From the NCBI RefSeq assembly GCF_041248615.1, contig NZ_CP158426.1: a DNA stretch of 64,000 bases. One strand, given 5' to 3'. This DNA is from Escherichia coli (GTDB lineage Bacteria > Pseudomonadota > Gammaproteobacteria > Enterobacterales > Enterobacteriaceae). This document shows, in pieces, positions 44,084 through 53,601 of this stretch (its first letter is position 1; each line of letters begins with the position of its first letter). The position numbers and the translations under genes were made by a program. The notes under the pieces are model-generated. The model was not told the DNA's origin. It worked only from the letters and a program-made list of their open reading frames with translations, and searched no databases.

Positions 44084-47000
44084 GCGTCGTATCCCCCCTG
44101 ATCGCTGTAGTTACTCCTGGCTTTTGCCTTCAGCCTGCGTTCACGTTCATCAAGCTGGCGGGCCACCTCCCGCGCAATATCCTGCGCACTTTGTCCTGGC
44201 TGCGTCTGAATGATGATCTGCGTCGGTGCCTCAATCCGTTGAACGGGCGGCACAGTGGCTGCACGACTCACCATCGCTTCGCCGCCTTTCGCGGGAAGTG
44301 CCAAAGGATGTAACGGTGGAAGCTCTGCTGGCGCGGCAGCAACACCCATCATTCCGGCGACAACGGCAGCCAGTGCAGCTGTATTTCTCCGGCTGGTCAC
44401 GTTTGCCGGGCCGTTAACAATTTCCGGCCCGTTTTCACCAACGATGCCAAACTGCCCGCGCGGGATATAGCCGCCGCTGTCATACATCCCCGCAAAGCCA
44501 TATCCCCATGACGGAAAACCACCCGATGGCATCATCACTTTACCGTCTGCATTCACCGTCGCAGGTTGCTGACGCGTCACGCTTTCCGGCAGTTTCGCCT
44601 TTGCAGCCTCTTTACTGACAATACCGAGTTTCTCCAGCAACCAGGAAACGCCGGATTTCAGGGAGTCCAACGGATGCATGACCATATTCAGCCCTTCCGC
44701 CAGTGCCTCCCCGAATCGTCGCCCCATTGCCGCTGCGCTCTGCAGTTCGGCAGAGGTCGACTTAACAGGCGTCAGCAGATCAGTAAACCAGCCCCACAAC
44801 GCCTGTACTTTGTCGCCAATCCACTGGAACACGGGCTTAAGCGGTTCGAATGCAGCACTGATGGGACCTGCCGCCGCTTTGAATCCTTCCACCACGCCAC
44901 CGAGAAATGCGGTGATGGGTTGCCAGTATTTCCAGACAACCAGCGCCACGCCCGCCAGTGCAGTAAACACAAGACCTATCGGACTGAGCAGAGCACCTAA
45001 CAGACCAGATACGGCATACAGGGCAACGCGCAGCATCGCCAGCGGACCGGATGCCAGCACACGCAGCACCGCGCCTGCGGCAGCCAGTCCACCGCGTAGT
45101 GCTGCCAGTGGATTCATAAACATCACAGCAACCGCACGTAAACCGGATAATCCAGACCGCAAAAGTGCAACCGGCGCACCTGCTACAGTTTTCATGACAT
45201 TTCCCGTCAGTGATGCCGTGCGGCGCAAAGATGACAACGGTGCAGTAAGTAAACCCGCAGCGTTGCCCGATGAAGCAAGCCCGCGTCGCAGCAGTACCAG
45301 TGGTGCGCCAGCCAGCCAGGACAACGCGCTGCTGGTTCGAGTTAATGCTGCCGTAACGGAAGGTAACGTTTTGATACCCAGCACAGAGAATCCCAGACGG
45401 ATCACTGCCAGCGGCCCCAGCACTGCAGCCAGCGCCACCGCTAAGGTGCCGAGGCCGACGGTAACCGCAGCCACAACAGCCGATGCTTTCATCAGTGTGC
45501 CTGTCAGTTCTGGGTTAGCTTCCACCCAGCGACGCAACGCCCCCGTGACGCTTTTCACCGTGTACAGAATATCCATCAGCGGCTGGCGCAGCGTTTCGCC
45601 CAGGCTGCTGAAGGTGTTCTGCGCTCCGGTTTTGACCAGCAACCACTGCGCAGAAAGTGAATCCTTGTTAATGTCGGATTCTTTCTGCATGGAGCCGAGC
45701 GCATCATTGCCCGCTGTCAGTTTTAACTGACGCTGCAGTTCCGGCAGGTTGTTTGCCAGTTTCGCCGCGTCATCGCCAAACTCTTTACCAAACAACATAG
45801 TCATGGCAGACAGGCGCTTGTCCTGCGGCAGCGCGTTCACCTTCTCCAGCACGCGCTGGATGGTTCCCATCGCATCCTTCGTCATCTGCTTTTCAATCAC
45901 TTCAGGATTGAGTTTCAGCAGATTCATCCCTTCAAAGAAACTCTTGCTTTGCATGGTGGCAATGGACAATTCACGCACCATCGCGTTTGCTGCACTGGCT
46001 GCAACCTCCGGCGCAGCACCCAGAGTCAGGAAGGTGGAACCCAGCGCCGCCGCTTTACGATAATCCAGACGGTCAGCCACACCGCCCAGACGTTGCATAA
46101 CATCGATGATGTCTGCCCCTTTCGACATTGCGTTATCATCCAGATAGTTCAGCGCATCACCGAGCTGTTCAATATTGCGGGTAGGTATTTTGTAGAGCTG
46201 GGCGATTTTTCCCAGACTTTCTGACAGTTCATCCGCTGGCAGCTCAAAGGCTGTTGCCGCCTTTGCTGCCGTGCTGGCGAAGGCCAGCAGGTCACGTTTC
46301 TGGTCTTCCCAGCTGTCGTCAGGGTTTGCGACGTTCATGCGCGCACCACCTTCAACCAGTGCGGCGAAGTCCACAGCACCGTTTTCCATCGGCAACTGTT
46401 CGCTGGCAGCCTTGATGGCATCCTGCATTTCATAAAAACGTGCAGTACGGTTTCCATTATCGTCACGCAGACCATTGACCTGCTTTGCCACACCTTTCAT
46501 GGCATCTTCCATGCTGGTATAGCTTTTTACTGCCGCCATCACTGGCGTCCCCATTGCCAGCCCTGCAGCCGTGGTAGTGGCTCCAGCTCCTGCAATACGA
46601 TCGCGCACCTCCAGCGAACGGGCATAACTGGCACGCGCTGCATTCATCCTGCGCTGAGCTTCCCCCAGTCGCTTCAGCCGCGCCTCCTGTTTCGACAGTT
46701 CCTGGTTATAACGTGATGTTTCACGGGCTAAACGGGCAGTTGCTCCCGCATCATCTTTCGCAGAAATTCCCGCCCGGTACAGTTCTGCACGCACAAGCGC
46801 CGTTTGCTTCTGCAAATATTTTTGTTGTTCTTCCAGGCGTTGGACTGCCAGCGTTTGCCGACCTAAAGCCACAAGGTGCCGTTGTGATGGTTGTTCCATC
46901 GCCTCCAGCTCAGAGCTAAGCAAATTAGCCTTCTGTCTGGCATAGTTCAGCCTGTCGCCTAACTTCTTGTTATCGGCCTGCAGCTTGCGAAATTTTTCCA

Positions 47001-47157
47001 GGCTGTTACCCGCCTGATTGAGTTGCTTTAATGCGTCACGGGAGTTTCTGATTGCGCCAGCCAGCTCTTTCGAACTGGCCTGTGCAGCACGGAATGGGCG
47101 GGTGAGTTTGTCAACCGCATTAAGAATGACCTGCAGCCGCAGGTTATTATTACTCAT
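44080..47157 (-). CDS. Tail tape-measure protein (P2 gpT-like)
   Basis: 1025-aa Ala/Gly-rich coiled-coil protein downstream of the E/E' pair. Confidence 0.85.
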   Translation of the reverse strand: MSNNNLRLQVILNAVDKLTRPFRAAQASSKELAGAIRNSRDALKQLNQAGNSLEKFRKLQADNKKLGDRLNYARQKANLLSSELEAMEQPSQRHLVALGRQTLAVQRLEEQQKYLQKQTALVRAELYRAGISAKDDAGATARLARETSRYNQELSKQEARLKRLGEAQRRMNAARASYARSLEVRDRIAGAGATTTAAGLAMGTPVMAAVKSYTSMEDAMKGVAKQVNGLRDDNGNRTARFYEMQDAIKAASEQLPMENGAVDFAALVEGGARMNVANPDDSWEDQKRDLLAFASTAAKAATAFELPADELSESLGKIAQLYKIPTRNIEQLGDALNYLDDNAMSKGADIIDVMQRLGGVADRLDYRKAAALGSTFLTLGAAPEVAASAANAMVRELSIATMQSKSFFEGMNLLKLNPEVIEKQMTKDAMGTIQRVLEKVNALPQDKRLSAMTMLFGKEFGDDAAKLANNLPELQRQLKLTAGNDALGSMQKESDINKDSLSAQWLLVKTGAQNTFSSLGETLRQPLMDILYTVKSVTGALRRWVEANPELTGTLMKASAVVAAVTVGLGTLAVALAAVLGPLAVIRLGFSVLGIKTLPSVTAALTRTSSALSWLAGAPLVLLRRGLASSGNAAGLLTAPLSSLRRTASLTGNVMKTVAGAPVALLRSGLSGLRAVAVMFMNPLAALRGGLAAAGAVLRVLASGPLAMLRVALYAVSGLLGALLSPIGLVFTALAGVALVVWKYWQPITAFLGGVVEGFKAAAGPISAAFEPLKPVFQWIGDKVQALWGWFTDLLTPVKSTSAELQSAAAMGRRFGEALAEGLNMVMHPLDSLKSGVSWLLEKLGIVSKEAAKAKLPESVTRQQPATVNADGKVMMPSGGFPSWGYGFAGMYDSGGYIPRGQFGIVGENGPEIVNGPANVTSRRNTAALAAVVAGMMGVAAAPAELPPLHPLALPAKGGEAMVSRAATVPPVQRIEAPTQIIIQTQPGQSAQDIAREVARQLDERERRLKAKARSNYSDQGGYDA

Positions 47158-47586
47158 CGTTGGCCCCGCTTCTCTGAATCGCTTTATACCGCCATTCCAG
47201 CACTTCGGTCAGCGGCATAACGTCAGTAACGGATGGCGGCCAGTGAAAAATGGTGGCGATATCTGCCACCAGAGCGTCAACCGTCAGGCTGTCGGTAAAC
47301 CGGCAAGCACCGACTTCTTCAACAAAAAAGTGACAACCTCAACCGACATAGCTGTGAGATCTGCCGGGTCCATCTCTGCGATTTCCTGTGCAGTCAGTGC
47401 CGGACTGGAAATGCGGGGGATCACGGTCATCATCGCGTTCACATCCATATCCATAATGGCCTGCAGGCGTGTACCGCGCAGCGCACCGGACTGCGGTTTA
47501 CGCAACACAATTTCGGTAATTTCTGTTTTACCGCGCATGATGGGGGTATCCAGTTGAATGGTCTTTTCAGTCTGCTTATCGCTCAT
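47150..47586 (-). CDS. gpE' extended tail chaperone made by -1 programmed frameshift
   Basis: Slippery TTTTTTG (minus strand, 47324-47330); -1 frame stays open ~52 codons (FFVEEVGACRFTDSLTVDALVADIATIFHWPPSVTDVMPLTEVLEWRYKAIQRSGANDE) and stops at 47150-47152, overlapping the T start. Confidence 0.7.
47284..47586 (-). CDS. Tail assembly chaperone (P2 gpE-like)
   Basis: 100-aa ORF ending just after a TTTTTTG slippery heptamer. Confidence 0.8.
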   Translation of the reverse strand: MSDKQTEKTIQLDTPIMRGKTEITEIVLRKPQSGALRGTRLQAIMDMDVNAMMTVIPRISSPALTAQEIAEMDPADLTAMSVEVVTFLLKKSVLAGLPTA

Positions 47587-47640
47587 TTTATTGTCCTGTA
47601 AATTGGGTTCTGGCGCGGTATCCCGCGCCGTTCAGATACA

Positions 47641-48156
47641 TCAGAGGCCGAGGGCGTTGCGGTGCGCTTCCATCAGGTCCACACCGTCCACAATTTCCAC
47701 CATGTTGATAAGGTCCACTTCATAGAGCACCTCACCATTGATAGTCAGCTTCGCGTAGCTGTTGGTACTGGTCACTTTGGTGGTGTTGCTTTCGCCCGTC
47801 TTCCACTCACCGGAATCCACTTCTTTGTGACGTCCGCGCACCACAAGCTCCACGGCCTGCACTTCCCCGGTATCGTCACGCTGGATAGAGCCGGTAAAGC
47901 GCAGCTGGATGCCATCCACCGTGGCTTTGCCCATCTGCTTAAACAGCAGCAGTTCAGTACCACCAATGGAAAATTCTGTATCCAGTGCACTGTCATCCAG
48001 TCCCAGATCCACATCCACCGCCCCCGGCATTCCGCCGCCGCGATACTTCTCATATTTGCGGGTGAATTTCGGCAGCGTCAGCGACTCAACGATCCCCTGC
48101 CAGTTATTCCCGTCGTTAAACAGGTTCAGGTGTTTTAATTTACGTGGTAAAGCCAT
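47641..48156 (-). CDS. Tail tube protein (P2 gpFII-like)
   Basis: 171-aa ORF directly downstream of the sheath gene. Confidence 0.85.
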   Translation of the reverse strand: MALPRKLKHLNLFNDGNNWQGIVESLTLPKFTRKYEKYRGGGMPGAVDVDLGLDDSALDTEFSIGGTELLLFKQMGKATVDGIQLRFTGSIQRDDTGEVQAVELVVRGRHKEVDSGEWKTGESNTTKVTSTNSYAKLTINGEVLYEVDLINMVEIVDGVDLMEAHRNALGL

Positions 48157-48165
48157 GTTGTCCCC

Positions 48166-49338
48166 TTACGCGCTGACCTGGCTGGCGAAATTCACCAGGT
48201 ACTGATCGGTGATGCGCTGACGCAGCATCAGGTTTTCAAGTGGTGGCACTGGCGTGTAGTCGTAATCGATGGTGAGTTTTCCGGCTTTCAGAGTGTCTTT
48301 GTCGTTCACCGACTCATCCAGCCAGCAATCGCCACCAATGAGATAGCCCTGACTGACCAGGCTGCGCATTTTGGCGCGGATACCTTCGATAATGTCCCGG
48401 GCCAGCGACGGGTTAAGCGGTTTATCCACCGCCCACATGTGTGCTTCTGCCATCGTGTCCATCAGCACCTGCGCCGTGCGGGTGTAGTTTTCGAAGGCAA
48501 AGAGCGGGTCATCACTCAGGCAGCGGGAACCCCAGAAGCGGAAACCGTCTTTGCGGATAAGGGTGGTGACGTCGTTCTGGTTCAGCAGACCTGCATCGGT
48601 TGCCGGGTCCTGCAGATCCCAGAACACATCTGCAGAAATTCCGGTGACACCGTTCACGCCCACGTTGGACAGGCTTTTGTGCCACCCAGTCTGCTCATCA
48701 ATTTTGGCACGCAGACCAAGCGCACGGGCGGTGGCATATGCCGTTGCTTCGGCATTCAGCACCGTGTCCCAGCCAGTAAAGTCGGGCCAGATCAGCATTC
48801 CTTCGCGCTGGCTGAAGTTTTCACGGTAAGTGATCGCCTCCTGCACCGTCTTGCAGCCATACGCTGACAGGTAAGCAAACCCACGCAGGCTTTGCGCCAC
48901 ACTCAGCAACTCAGTAGCAACGGCTTTGTTATCGTGACCTGGCACGCCGAGAATGCGCGGTTTAACGCCGAGCTGTGTCTGGGCAGATAACAGGGCTTTC
49001 ATGCCTGTTTTTTTACCTTCAGCAGTCACTGCGCCGATGATATTGGTCGTGGTTTCTTCTTCCGCTTCACCCTGCGGCACACGCACAACAACGGTCACGG
49101 GTTTTGCCTGGTCAGCGATGGCGTCCAGCGAACGGGCCAGCGTACCGGACTCACCCGCTTTACCGCTGGCAGTCAGCACATCAGTGATCAGCACTGGTTT
49201 ATTAAGAGGAAACATTTTTGCATCGGCATCATCGCCCGTGCAGACCATACCCACGATGGCGGTGCTCACCGTGGTAATGGATCGGGTGCCTTCGTTGACT
49301 TCAACAACGCGCACCCCGTGGTGGTAATCCTGAGCCAT
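48166..49338 (-). CDS. Contractile tail sheath protein (P2 gpFI-like)
   Basis: 390-aa [35 protein letters not shown]... Confidence 0.9.
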   Translation of the reverse strand: MAQDYHHGVRVVEVNEGTRSITTVSTAIVGMVCTGDDADAKMFPLNKPVLITDVLTASGKAGESGTLARSLDAIADQAKPVTVVVRVPQGEAEEETTTNIIGAVTAEGKKTGMKALLSAQTQLGVKPRILGVPGHDNKAVATELLSVAQSLRGFAYLSAYGCKTVQEAITYRENFSQREGMLIWPDFTGWDTVLNAEATAYATARALGLRAKIDEQTGWHKSLSNVGVNGVTGISADVFWDLQDPATDAGLLNQNDVTTLIRKDGFRFWGSRCLSDDPLFAFENYTRTAQVLMDTMAEAHMWAVDKPLNPSLARDIIEGIRAKMRSLVSQGYLIGGDCWLDESVNDKDTLKAGKLTIDYDYTPVPPLENLMLRQRITDQYLVNFASQVSA

Positions 49339-49414
49339 AGTGGCGAACCTCCTGATTGGATTAGGCTTCGCCCTATGTTGAAGTGATTGTGCCTGACAAA
49401 CAGCTAAGCGCAGT

Positions 49415-49432
49415 TGTACCGTTATTCACACA
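49415..49432. promoter_or_regulatory. Candidate Ogr-dependent late promoter element (TGT-N12-ACA) upstream of the sheath gene
   Basis: TGTACCGTTATTCACACAA, ~85 bp upstream of the FI start; shares TGTA...CACACAA with the dyads at 55472 and 61922. Confidence 0.55.
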
Positions 49433-49480
49433 AAATGACGGTATTTGTCTGCTTGCAGGGATAATCAAAATTATGCTGAT

Positions 49481-50047
49481 TCAGGGGGATTCATTGCTCT
49501 TATTTGCCGGAAATTTTCTATAAATGGTAGAAACGCCTACATCAAAAATCAGTGCAATACGCTGTCTTGATTCTCCGGCCTCGAGTAAACGTCCAATCTG
49601 TGCCCACTGTTCAGTGGTCAACTTAGGACGGCGTCCACCTACTCTGCCTTTAGCACGAGCTGCAGCCAGCCCTGCCCTGGTACGTTCAACTATCAGTTCG
49701 CGTTCCATTTCAGCCAGGGCACCCATGACATGAAAAAAGAAACGGCCCATTGGGGTACTGGTATCAATACTGTCAGTCAGGCTTCGGAAATTCACACCAC
49801 GCTGGCGCAACTCTTCTATCAGCGTAACAAGATGCCGCATACTGCGCCCCAACCTGTCCAGCTTCCAGACAACCAGCGTGTCTCCTGCCGATAGTGTCCT
49901 GAGCAGCTTTTTCAGCCCCGGTCTGTCGGACTTGGTGCCACTGATTTTATCCTCAAAAATCCGCTCACATCCCGCACAGTTCAGTGCATTGCGTTGCAAA
50001 TCGGTGTTCTGGTCATTTGTTGACACGCGTACATAGCCAATAAGCAT
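49481..50047 (-). CDS. Pin/Gin/Hin-family serine DNA invertase
   Basis: MLIGYVRVSTNDQNTDLQRNALNCAGCE...VWKLDRLGRSMRHL...; catalytic Ser in VRVSTNDQ; close to recalled e14 Pin and Mu Gin. Confidence 0.9.
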   Translation of the reverse strand: MLIGYVRVSTNDQNTDLQRNALNCAGCERIFEDKISGTKSDRPGLKKLLRTLSAGDTLVVWKLDRLGRSMRHLVTLIEELRQRGVNFRSLTDSIDTSTPMGRFFFHVMGALAEMERELIVERTRAGLAAARAKGRVGGRRPKLTTEQWAQIGRLLEAGESRQRIALIFDVGVSTIYRKFPANKSNESP

Positions 50048-50102
50048 GATCAATCCCCTGAATAAAAACCAGGGATGATGCCAGTTAGCTGTTACCTCTG
50101 CA

Positions 50103-50128
50103 TTTTCTTAAACGTTGGTTTGGGAGAA
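50103..50128. other. Invertase crossover site (pix/gix-like), invertase-proximal
   Basis: TTTTCTTAAACG-TT-GGTTTGGGAGAA, two 12-bp half-sites around a 2-bp core, ~56 bp upstream of the invertase start; the GGTTTGGGAGAA half is identical to the site in H in inverted orientation. Confidence 0.7.
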
Positions 50129-50572
50129 GGTGCTCCAGCTATTGGTGTTCCGTTCTTCTGGCCGTCCGCTGCAATGCCAGATACCGTAATCGAAAGCTGG
50201 TCCGGCATGGTGTTTTTGAAGTTCAACGGCGCGAAATTCTCTGCCACTGATTACCCTGTGCTGGCGAAAGTGTTTCCTTCGCTGGTATTACCTGAAGCCC
50301 GCGGTGATTTCATTCGTATCTGGGATGACGGGCGAGGGGCGGACAGTGGACGAGCATTATTAAGCTGGCAGGCAGCAACATCTTTATCGCAATTTGGAGG
50401 TAATTATCCAGAGGGGTCCGGCCATTCGATTGCTAATCACGATGGAATATCAGCACACGAGCCGGGTTTCTCTCGATACCATTACACCAGTAATTCAGTG
50501 GGTGATGGTGTGAATTTTATAGCCGTCAGACCACGTAACATCGCATTTAACTTTCTGGTGAGGGCTAAATAA
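50129..50572 (+). CDS. Start-less alternative tail-fibre C-terminal segment (Sv'), expressed only after inversion
   Basis: Frame continues in phase from the crossover site; encodes GAPAIGVPFFWPS...LPEARGDFIRIWDDGRGADSGRALLSWQ..., a typical tail-fibre receptor-binding C-terminus. Confidence 0.7.
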   Translation, partial: GAPAIGVPFFWPSAAMPDTVIESWSGMVFLKFNGAKFSATDYPVLAKVFPSLVLPEARGDFIRIWDDGRGADSGRALLSWQAATSLSQFGGNYPEGSGHSIANHDGISAHEPGFSRYHYTSNSVGDGVNFIAVRPRNIAFNFLVRAK

Positions 50573-51165
50573 TGAAACCTGTTTTTGATAAAAATGGGCT
50601 GGCTACAGTGCCGGGCGATATGCGTTGTTTTTATTATGATGCTGAAACATCTGAGTATACGGGCTGGTCTGATGAATATATTAATACTGGCGTAAGTATG
50701 CCCGCCTGTTCCACTGGAATTGACCCTGGCGAAAACATTCCGGGAAGAGTGGCAGTATTTACAGGTAAGGGATGGAGCCATGAAGAAGACCATCGCAATG
50801 AGACTGTTTACTCAATCGAAAATGGTGCTGCTGTTACAGTGGATTATATCGGTGCCATCAAAAACGGTTATGTCACGCTTTCACCGTTAACGCCATATGA
50901 TAAATGGGATGGTAAGAAATGGGTGACAGATACTGAGGCACAACACGGTGCCGCAGTAGAAGCGGCAGAAGCACAGCGCCAGTCACTGATTGATGCAGCA
51001 ATGGCTTCCATTAGTCTGATTCAGCTGAAATTACAGGCCGGACGTAAACTGACGCAGGCAGAAACAACCAGACTTAACGCTGTGCTGGATTACATTGACG
51101 CGGTGACGGCAACAGATACCAGCACCGCGCCGGATGTCATCTGGCCTGAACTGCCGGAGGCGTAG
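50572..51165 (+). CDS. Tail fibre assembly protein, cognate to Sv'
   Basis: 197-aa ORF MKPVFDKNG... with Tfa-type C-terminus (AVLDYIDAVTATDTSTAPDVIWPELP). Confidence 0.8.
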   Translation: MKPVFDKNGLATVPGDMRCFYYDAETSEYTGWSDEYINTGVSMPACSTGIDPGENIPGRVAVFTGKGWSHEEDHRNETVYSIENGAAVTVDYIGAIKNGYVTLSPLTPYDKWDGKKWVTDTEAQHGAAVEAAEAQRQSLIDAAMASISLIQLKLQAGRKLTQAETTRLNAVLDYIDAVTATDTSTAPDVIWPELPEA

Positions 51166-51577
51166 GCCATTCAATATCTGGAGCACTGGAGGTATCAACC
51201 AGTTCCAGTGCGTCCAGATAATCCAGCCACAAATTATATTGCGCCAGTTCCTCACCTTTCAGACGACCAATAGCCGCTTTACCAGGCCATTGTTTACTGT
51301 TCATATAATCGTTGGCCTGATTAATCAATTGCTGCTTCTCCAATTCGGCTGCAGCAATTTGTTCCTCATGTGTTGGTGGTGGAATTTCAGACCATGCAGG
51401 AAAACCATTTTCTCCAGCGATACGGATTTTTCCTTTCGGCGGTAATCCGGAAAACTCAATATACACTTGCTCATCAACTTCAACAGCATCATCTGGCCAT
51501 GAGTCAGCTTGAGTGTAATCCTCTTTCATCTCCAGCGGATAGAAAGAGTTTGTAGTCGCGGAATATATGTAATTCAT
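51137..51577 (-). CDS. Tail fibre assembly protein, cognate to the currently expressed fibre tip
   Basis: 146-aa ORF with Tfa-type C-terminus (LWLDYLDALELVDTSSAPDIEWPTPP); converges on and overlaps the other tfa by 29 bp. Confidence 0.8.
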   Translation of the reverse strand: MNYIYSATTNSFYPLEMKEDYTQADSWPDDAVEVDEQVYIEFSGLPPKGKIRIAGENGFPAWSEIPPPTHEEQIAAAELEKQQLINQANDYMNSKQWPGKAAIGRLKGEELAQYNLWLDYLDALELVDTSSAPDIEWPTPPAVQAR

Positions 51578-51598
51578 TTTTCACTCCATATAGCTAAA

Positions 51599-52999
51599 TT
51601 AACAGCCTAACGCTAAAAATGAAGCGCCGAGGCCAGGAGTACTGGCTCTGGATATAAATTTAACCGGGTCGGGACTAAAACCTGCACAGGCAATATAACC
51701 AACAGCCCCGCTATCTGGTGTGTAGTCTTGTGAGACCAAAACACGCAGACATCTGTTTGGAAATGCAATCGGGAAATGGGTTACTACATCCTGTGCAATG
51801 CCTGGTGCGCCGATTGAGCCCCACTGAAGAATAAAACCTGATGGTAATTTTTGATATCCAGTACCTGAAACAGAAAGCGTGAAGCTACCCATATCAGGTA
51901 TCTGATTCGCCCCTGTCCCTACATTCCTTTTAGCCGCTTCTCCCAAACCAAGGTATGTGAGAAGACCAGCTACATCCTTTCCACTCAAATTGGTAAGCGT
52001 ATTGTCCAGCGGTTGTTTACCTGACAGCGCATTAAGCATTGTCGTGGCAAAGTTCGGATCATTCCCCAGCGCCGCTGCCAGTTCGTTCAGCGTATCCAGT
52101 GCCGCAGGTGCAGAACCCACCATTGCTGCAATCGCCGATTTCACAAAAGCCGTGGTGGCAATCTGTGTATTGTTGACCGACTGTGCCGCAGTAGGTGCTG
52201 TTGGCGTTCCGGTAAGTGCCGGACTCGACAGTGGCGCTTTTAGTTCCAGCGCATTGTTAATGGTGGTGCTGAATTTGGGGTCATTGTTTATGGCCGCGGC
52301 TATTTCTTTCAGCGTGTCCAGCGTGGCTGGCGCACCATTAATAAGAGCCGTCAGTGCCGCCTGAACAAACGCGGTGGTCGCAAGTTGCGTGGTATTATTC
52401 CCCGCCGCTGGCGTTGGTGCTTTGGGGGTTCCGGTAAACGTCGGGCTGGCTTTTGGCGCGTACTGTGAATGCGGGTCCAGTGCGGCAAGATGTTTTGCCA
52501 TCAGATCATCCGCGTACACCTTCAGCTCCAGTGCCTTGTCATCCACATACTTGCGGGTTGCCAGCACTACAGCAGGGTCGATTTTCAGGGTGATATTGTC
52601 CGTGCTGCTGGTAATCAGCACCATGCGCACGGTCTGAGTGCGCCCGCTACCTTCAGCCAGTTGCGGCTTATAGCTTTCCGGGCAGTTGCCCACGGCAATC
52701 AATGCCCCTGACTCATCAAACAAGCCCACTTCACGTATCCACCAACCGCCCTCGTTTTCAGGGATCACCTGTTCGGCAATAATCTGACTGCTGTTCTGCG
52801 GGTCGATATAGAGCATATTCAGCGCAGCCCGGCGTTTCTCATTTACCAGTGCAGTCTGCTTTGAGTCTGGCGTTGGCAATGCTCCGCCGCCATCGCCCAC
52901 CGCCATATGGGTAATTTTTAGCGGCACACCGAGCGCGGCGGCGCTGGCAAGTTTCGCCGCGCCAATATCCGTCAGCAGGGTATAAAATTTTGTGCTCAT
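51599..52999 (-). CDS. Tail fibre protein (P2 gpH-like), constant N-terminus fused in current orientation to variable tip Sv
   Basis: 466-aa ORF; crossover site lies in-frame at codons ~346-354 (YLGLGE). Confidence 0.85.
   Translation of the reverse strand: MSTKFYTLLTDIGAAKLASAAALGVPLKITHMAVGDGGGALPTPDSKQTALVNEKRRAALNMLYIDPQNSSQIIAEQVIPENEGGWWIREVGLFDESGALIAVGNCPESYKPQLAEGSGRTQTVRMVLITSSTDNITLKIDPAVVLATRKYVDDKALELKVYADDLMAKHLAALDPHSQYAPKASPTFTGTPKAPTPAAGNNTTQLATTAFVQAALTALINGAPATLDTLKEIAAAINNDPKFSTTINNALELKAPLSSPALTGTPTAPTAAQSVNNTQIATTAFVKSAIAAMVGSAPAALDTLNELAAALGNDPNFATTMLNALSGKQPLDNTLTNLSGKDVAGLLTYLGLGEAAKRNVGTGANQIPDMGSFTLSVSGTGYQKLPSGFILQWGSIGAPGIAQDVVTHFPIAFPNRCLRVLVSQDYTPDSGAVGYIACAGFSPDPVKFISRASTPGLGASFLALGC
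51938..51963. other. Invertase crossover site (pix/gix-like) inside the tail fibre gene
   Basis: TTCTCCCAAACC-AA-GGTATGTGAGAA on + strand; shares 14/14 TTCTCCCAAACCAA with the reverse complement of the site at 50103-50128. Confidence 0.7.
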
Positions 53000-53601
53000 G
53001 GATTCACTCTCATTGTGTCAATAACATGGACCGCCCCGCCTTCATGCGCGGTGCCGCCGGAAATAATTGTTTCGTTGATATACGGATAGATCGTGATTTC
53101 TTCGCCAAGATAGCTGGCGGCTCCCACCCAATGCGGGCCGCTGGTCTGCAGGTTGATGGACATGCCGATCATGTGACGGCTACATGGTTTGGCATCGCTT
53201 ATCAGTCGCTCAAGTTCCAGATAGGTATCTTCAGTGATGCCCTGGTCCTGCACGCCGATATCCAGACGAAACGTGCCCGGTGCCTCTCCGGTCTGCCACC
53301 ACTCAATAATGCGGATCAGAAAGCCGAACGGCTCCACCACCCGCCGCACGGCACTGGTGGTCCCTTTATGCTGATGAACATAAAAAGCATCCTTCACCAC
53401 CTGGCGCTTGACGCTTTCTGTCCAGCCCTCGTCCCAGCGATCCACAGAGAACGCCCAGGCGAGATAAGGCAGGAAACTGATCGGACAGGTTGCCGGGTTC
53501 CACAAGTCACGCAGCGGCACCTGCAGATCAGAAATCCCGCTGCAGGTTTGCGCCAGTCGGCGCTCCAGTAGTGTTGAACCCGGTGGCAGCAGACTATTCA
53601 T
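52996..53601 (-). CDS. Baseplate assembly protein (P2 gpI-like)
   Basis: 201-aa ORF in P2 order between J and H. Confidence 0.8.
   Translation of the reverse strand: MNSLLPPGSTLLERRLAQTCSGISDLQVPLRDLWNPATCPISFLPYLAWAFSVDRWDEGWTESVKRQVVKDAFYVHQHKGTTSAVRRVVEPFGFLIRIIEWWQTGEAPGTFRLDIGVQDQGITEDTYLELERLISDAKPCSRHMIGMSINLQTSGPHWVGAASYLGEEITIYPYINETIISGGTAHEGGAVHVIDTMRVNP

Larger units (their letters stand above)
50103..51963. other. ~1.86-kb invertible tail-fibre host-range segment (Sv-tfa / tfa'-Sv')
   Basis: Bounded by inverted 26-bp crossover sites; contains two convergent tfa genes and two alternative fibre C-termini; invertase gene immediately adjacent. Confidence 0.75.

Noticed and set aside
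44226-49327. Numerous plus-strand ORFs inside the tape-measure, sheath and tube genes (e.g. 44678-45730, 47018-47557, 48439-48867)
   Set aside because: Embedded antisense ORFs within long minus-strand structural genes of high GC content; no start or RBS context.
50051-50080. Dyad ccctg-aataaaaac-caggg just upstream of the invertase start, first considered as the crossover site
   Set aside because: Superseded by the much better pix/gix-like site at 50103-50128, which is in-frame with the alternative fibre segment and shares an identical half-site with the site in H; the 50051-50080 dyad is more likely part of the invertase promoter region.
50066-50128. N-terminal MMPVSCYLCIFLNV of ORF 50075-50572 as a genuine protein start
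   Set aside because: This stretch lies upstream of and within the crossover site; the segment lacks its own start and is translated only as a fusion to the constant part of H after inversion.
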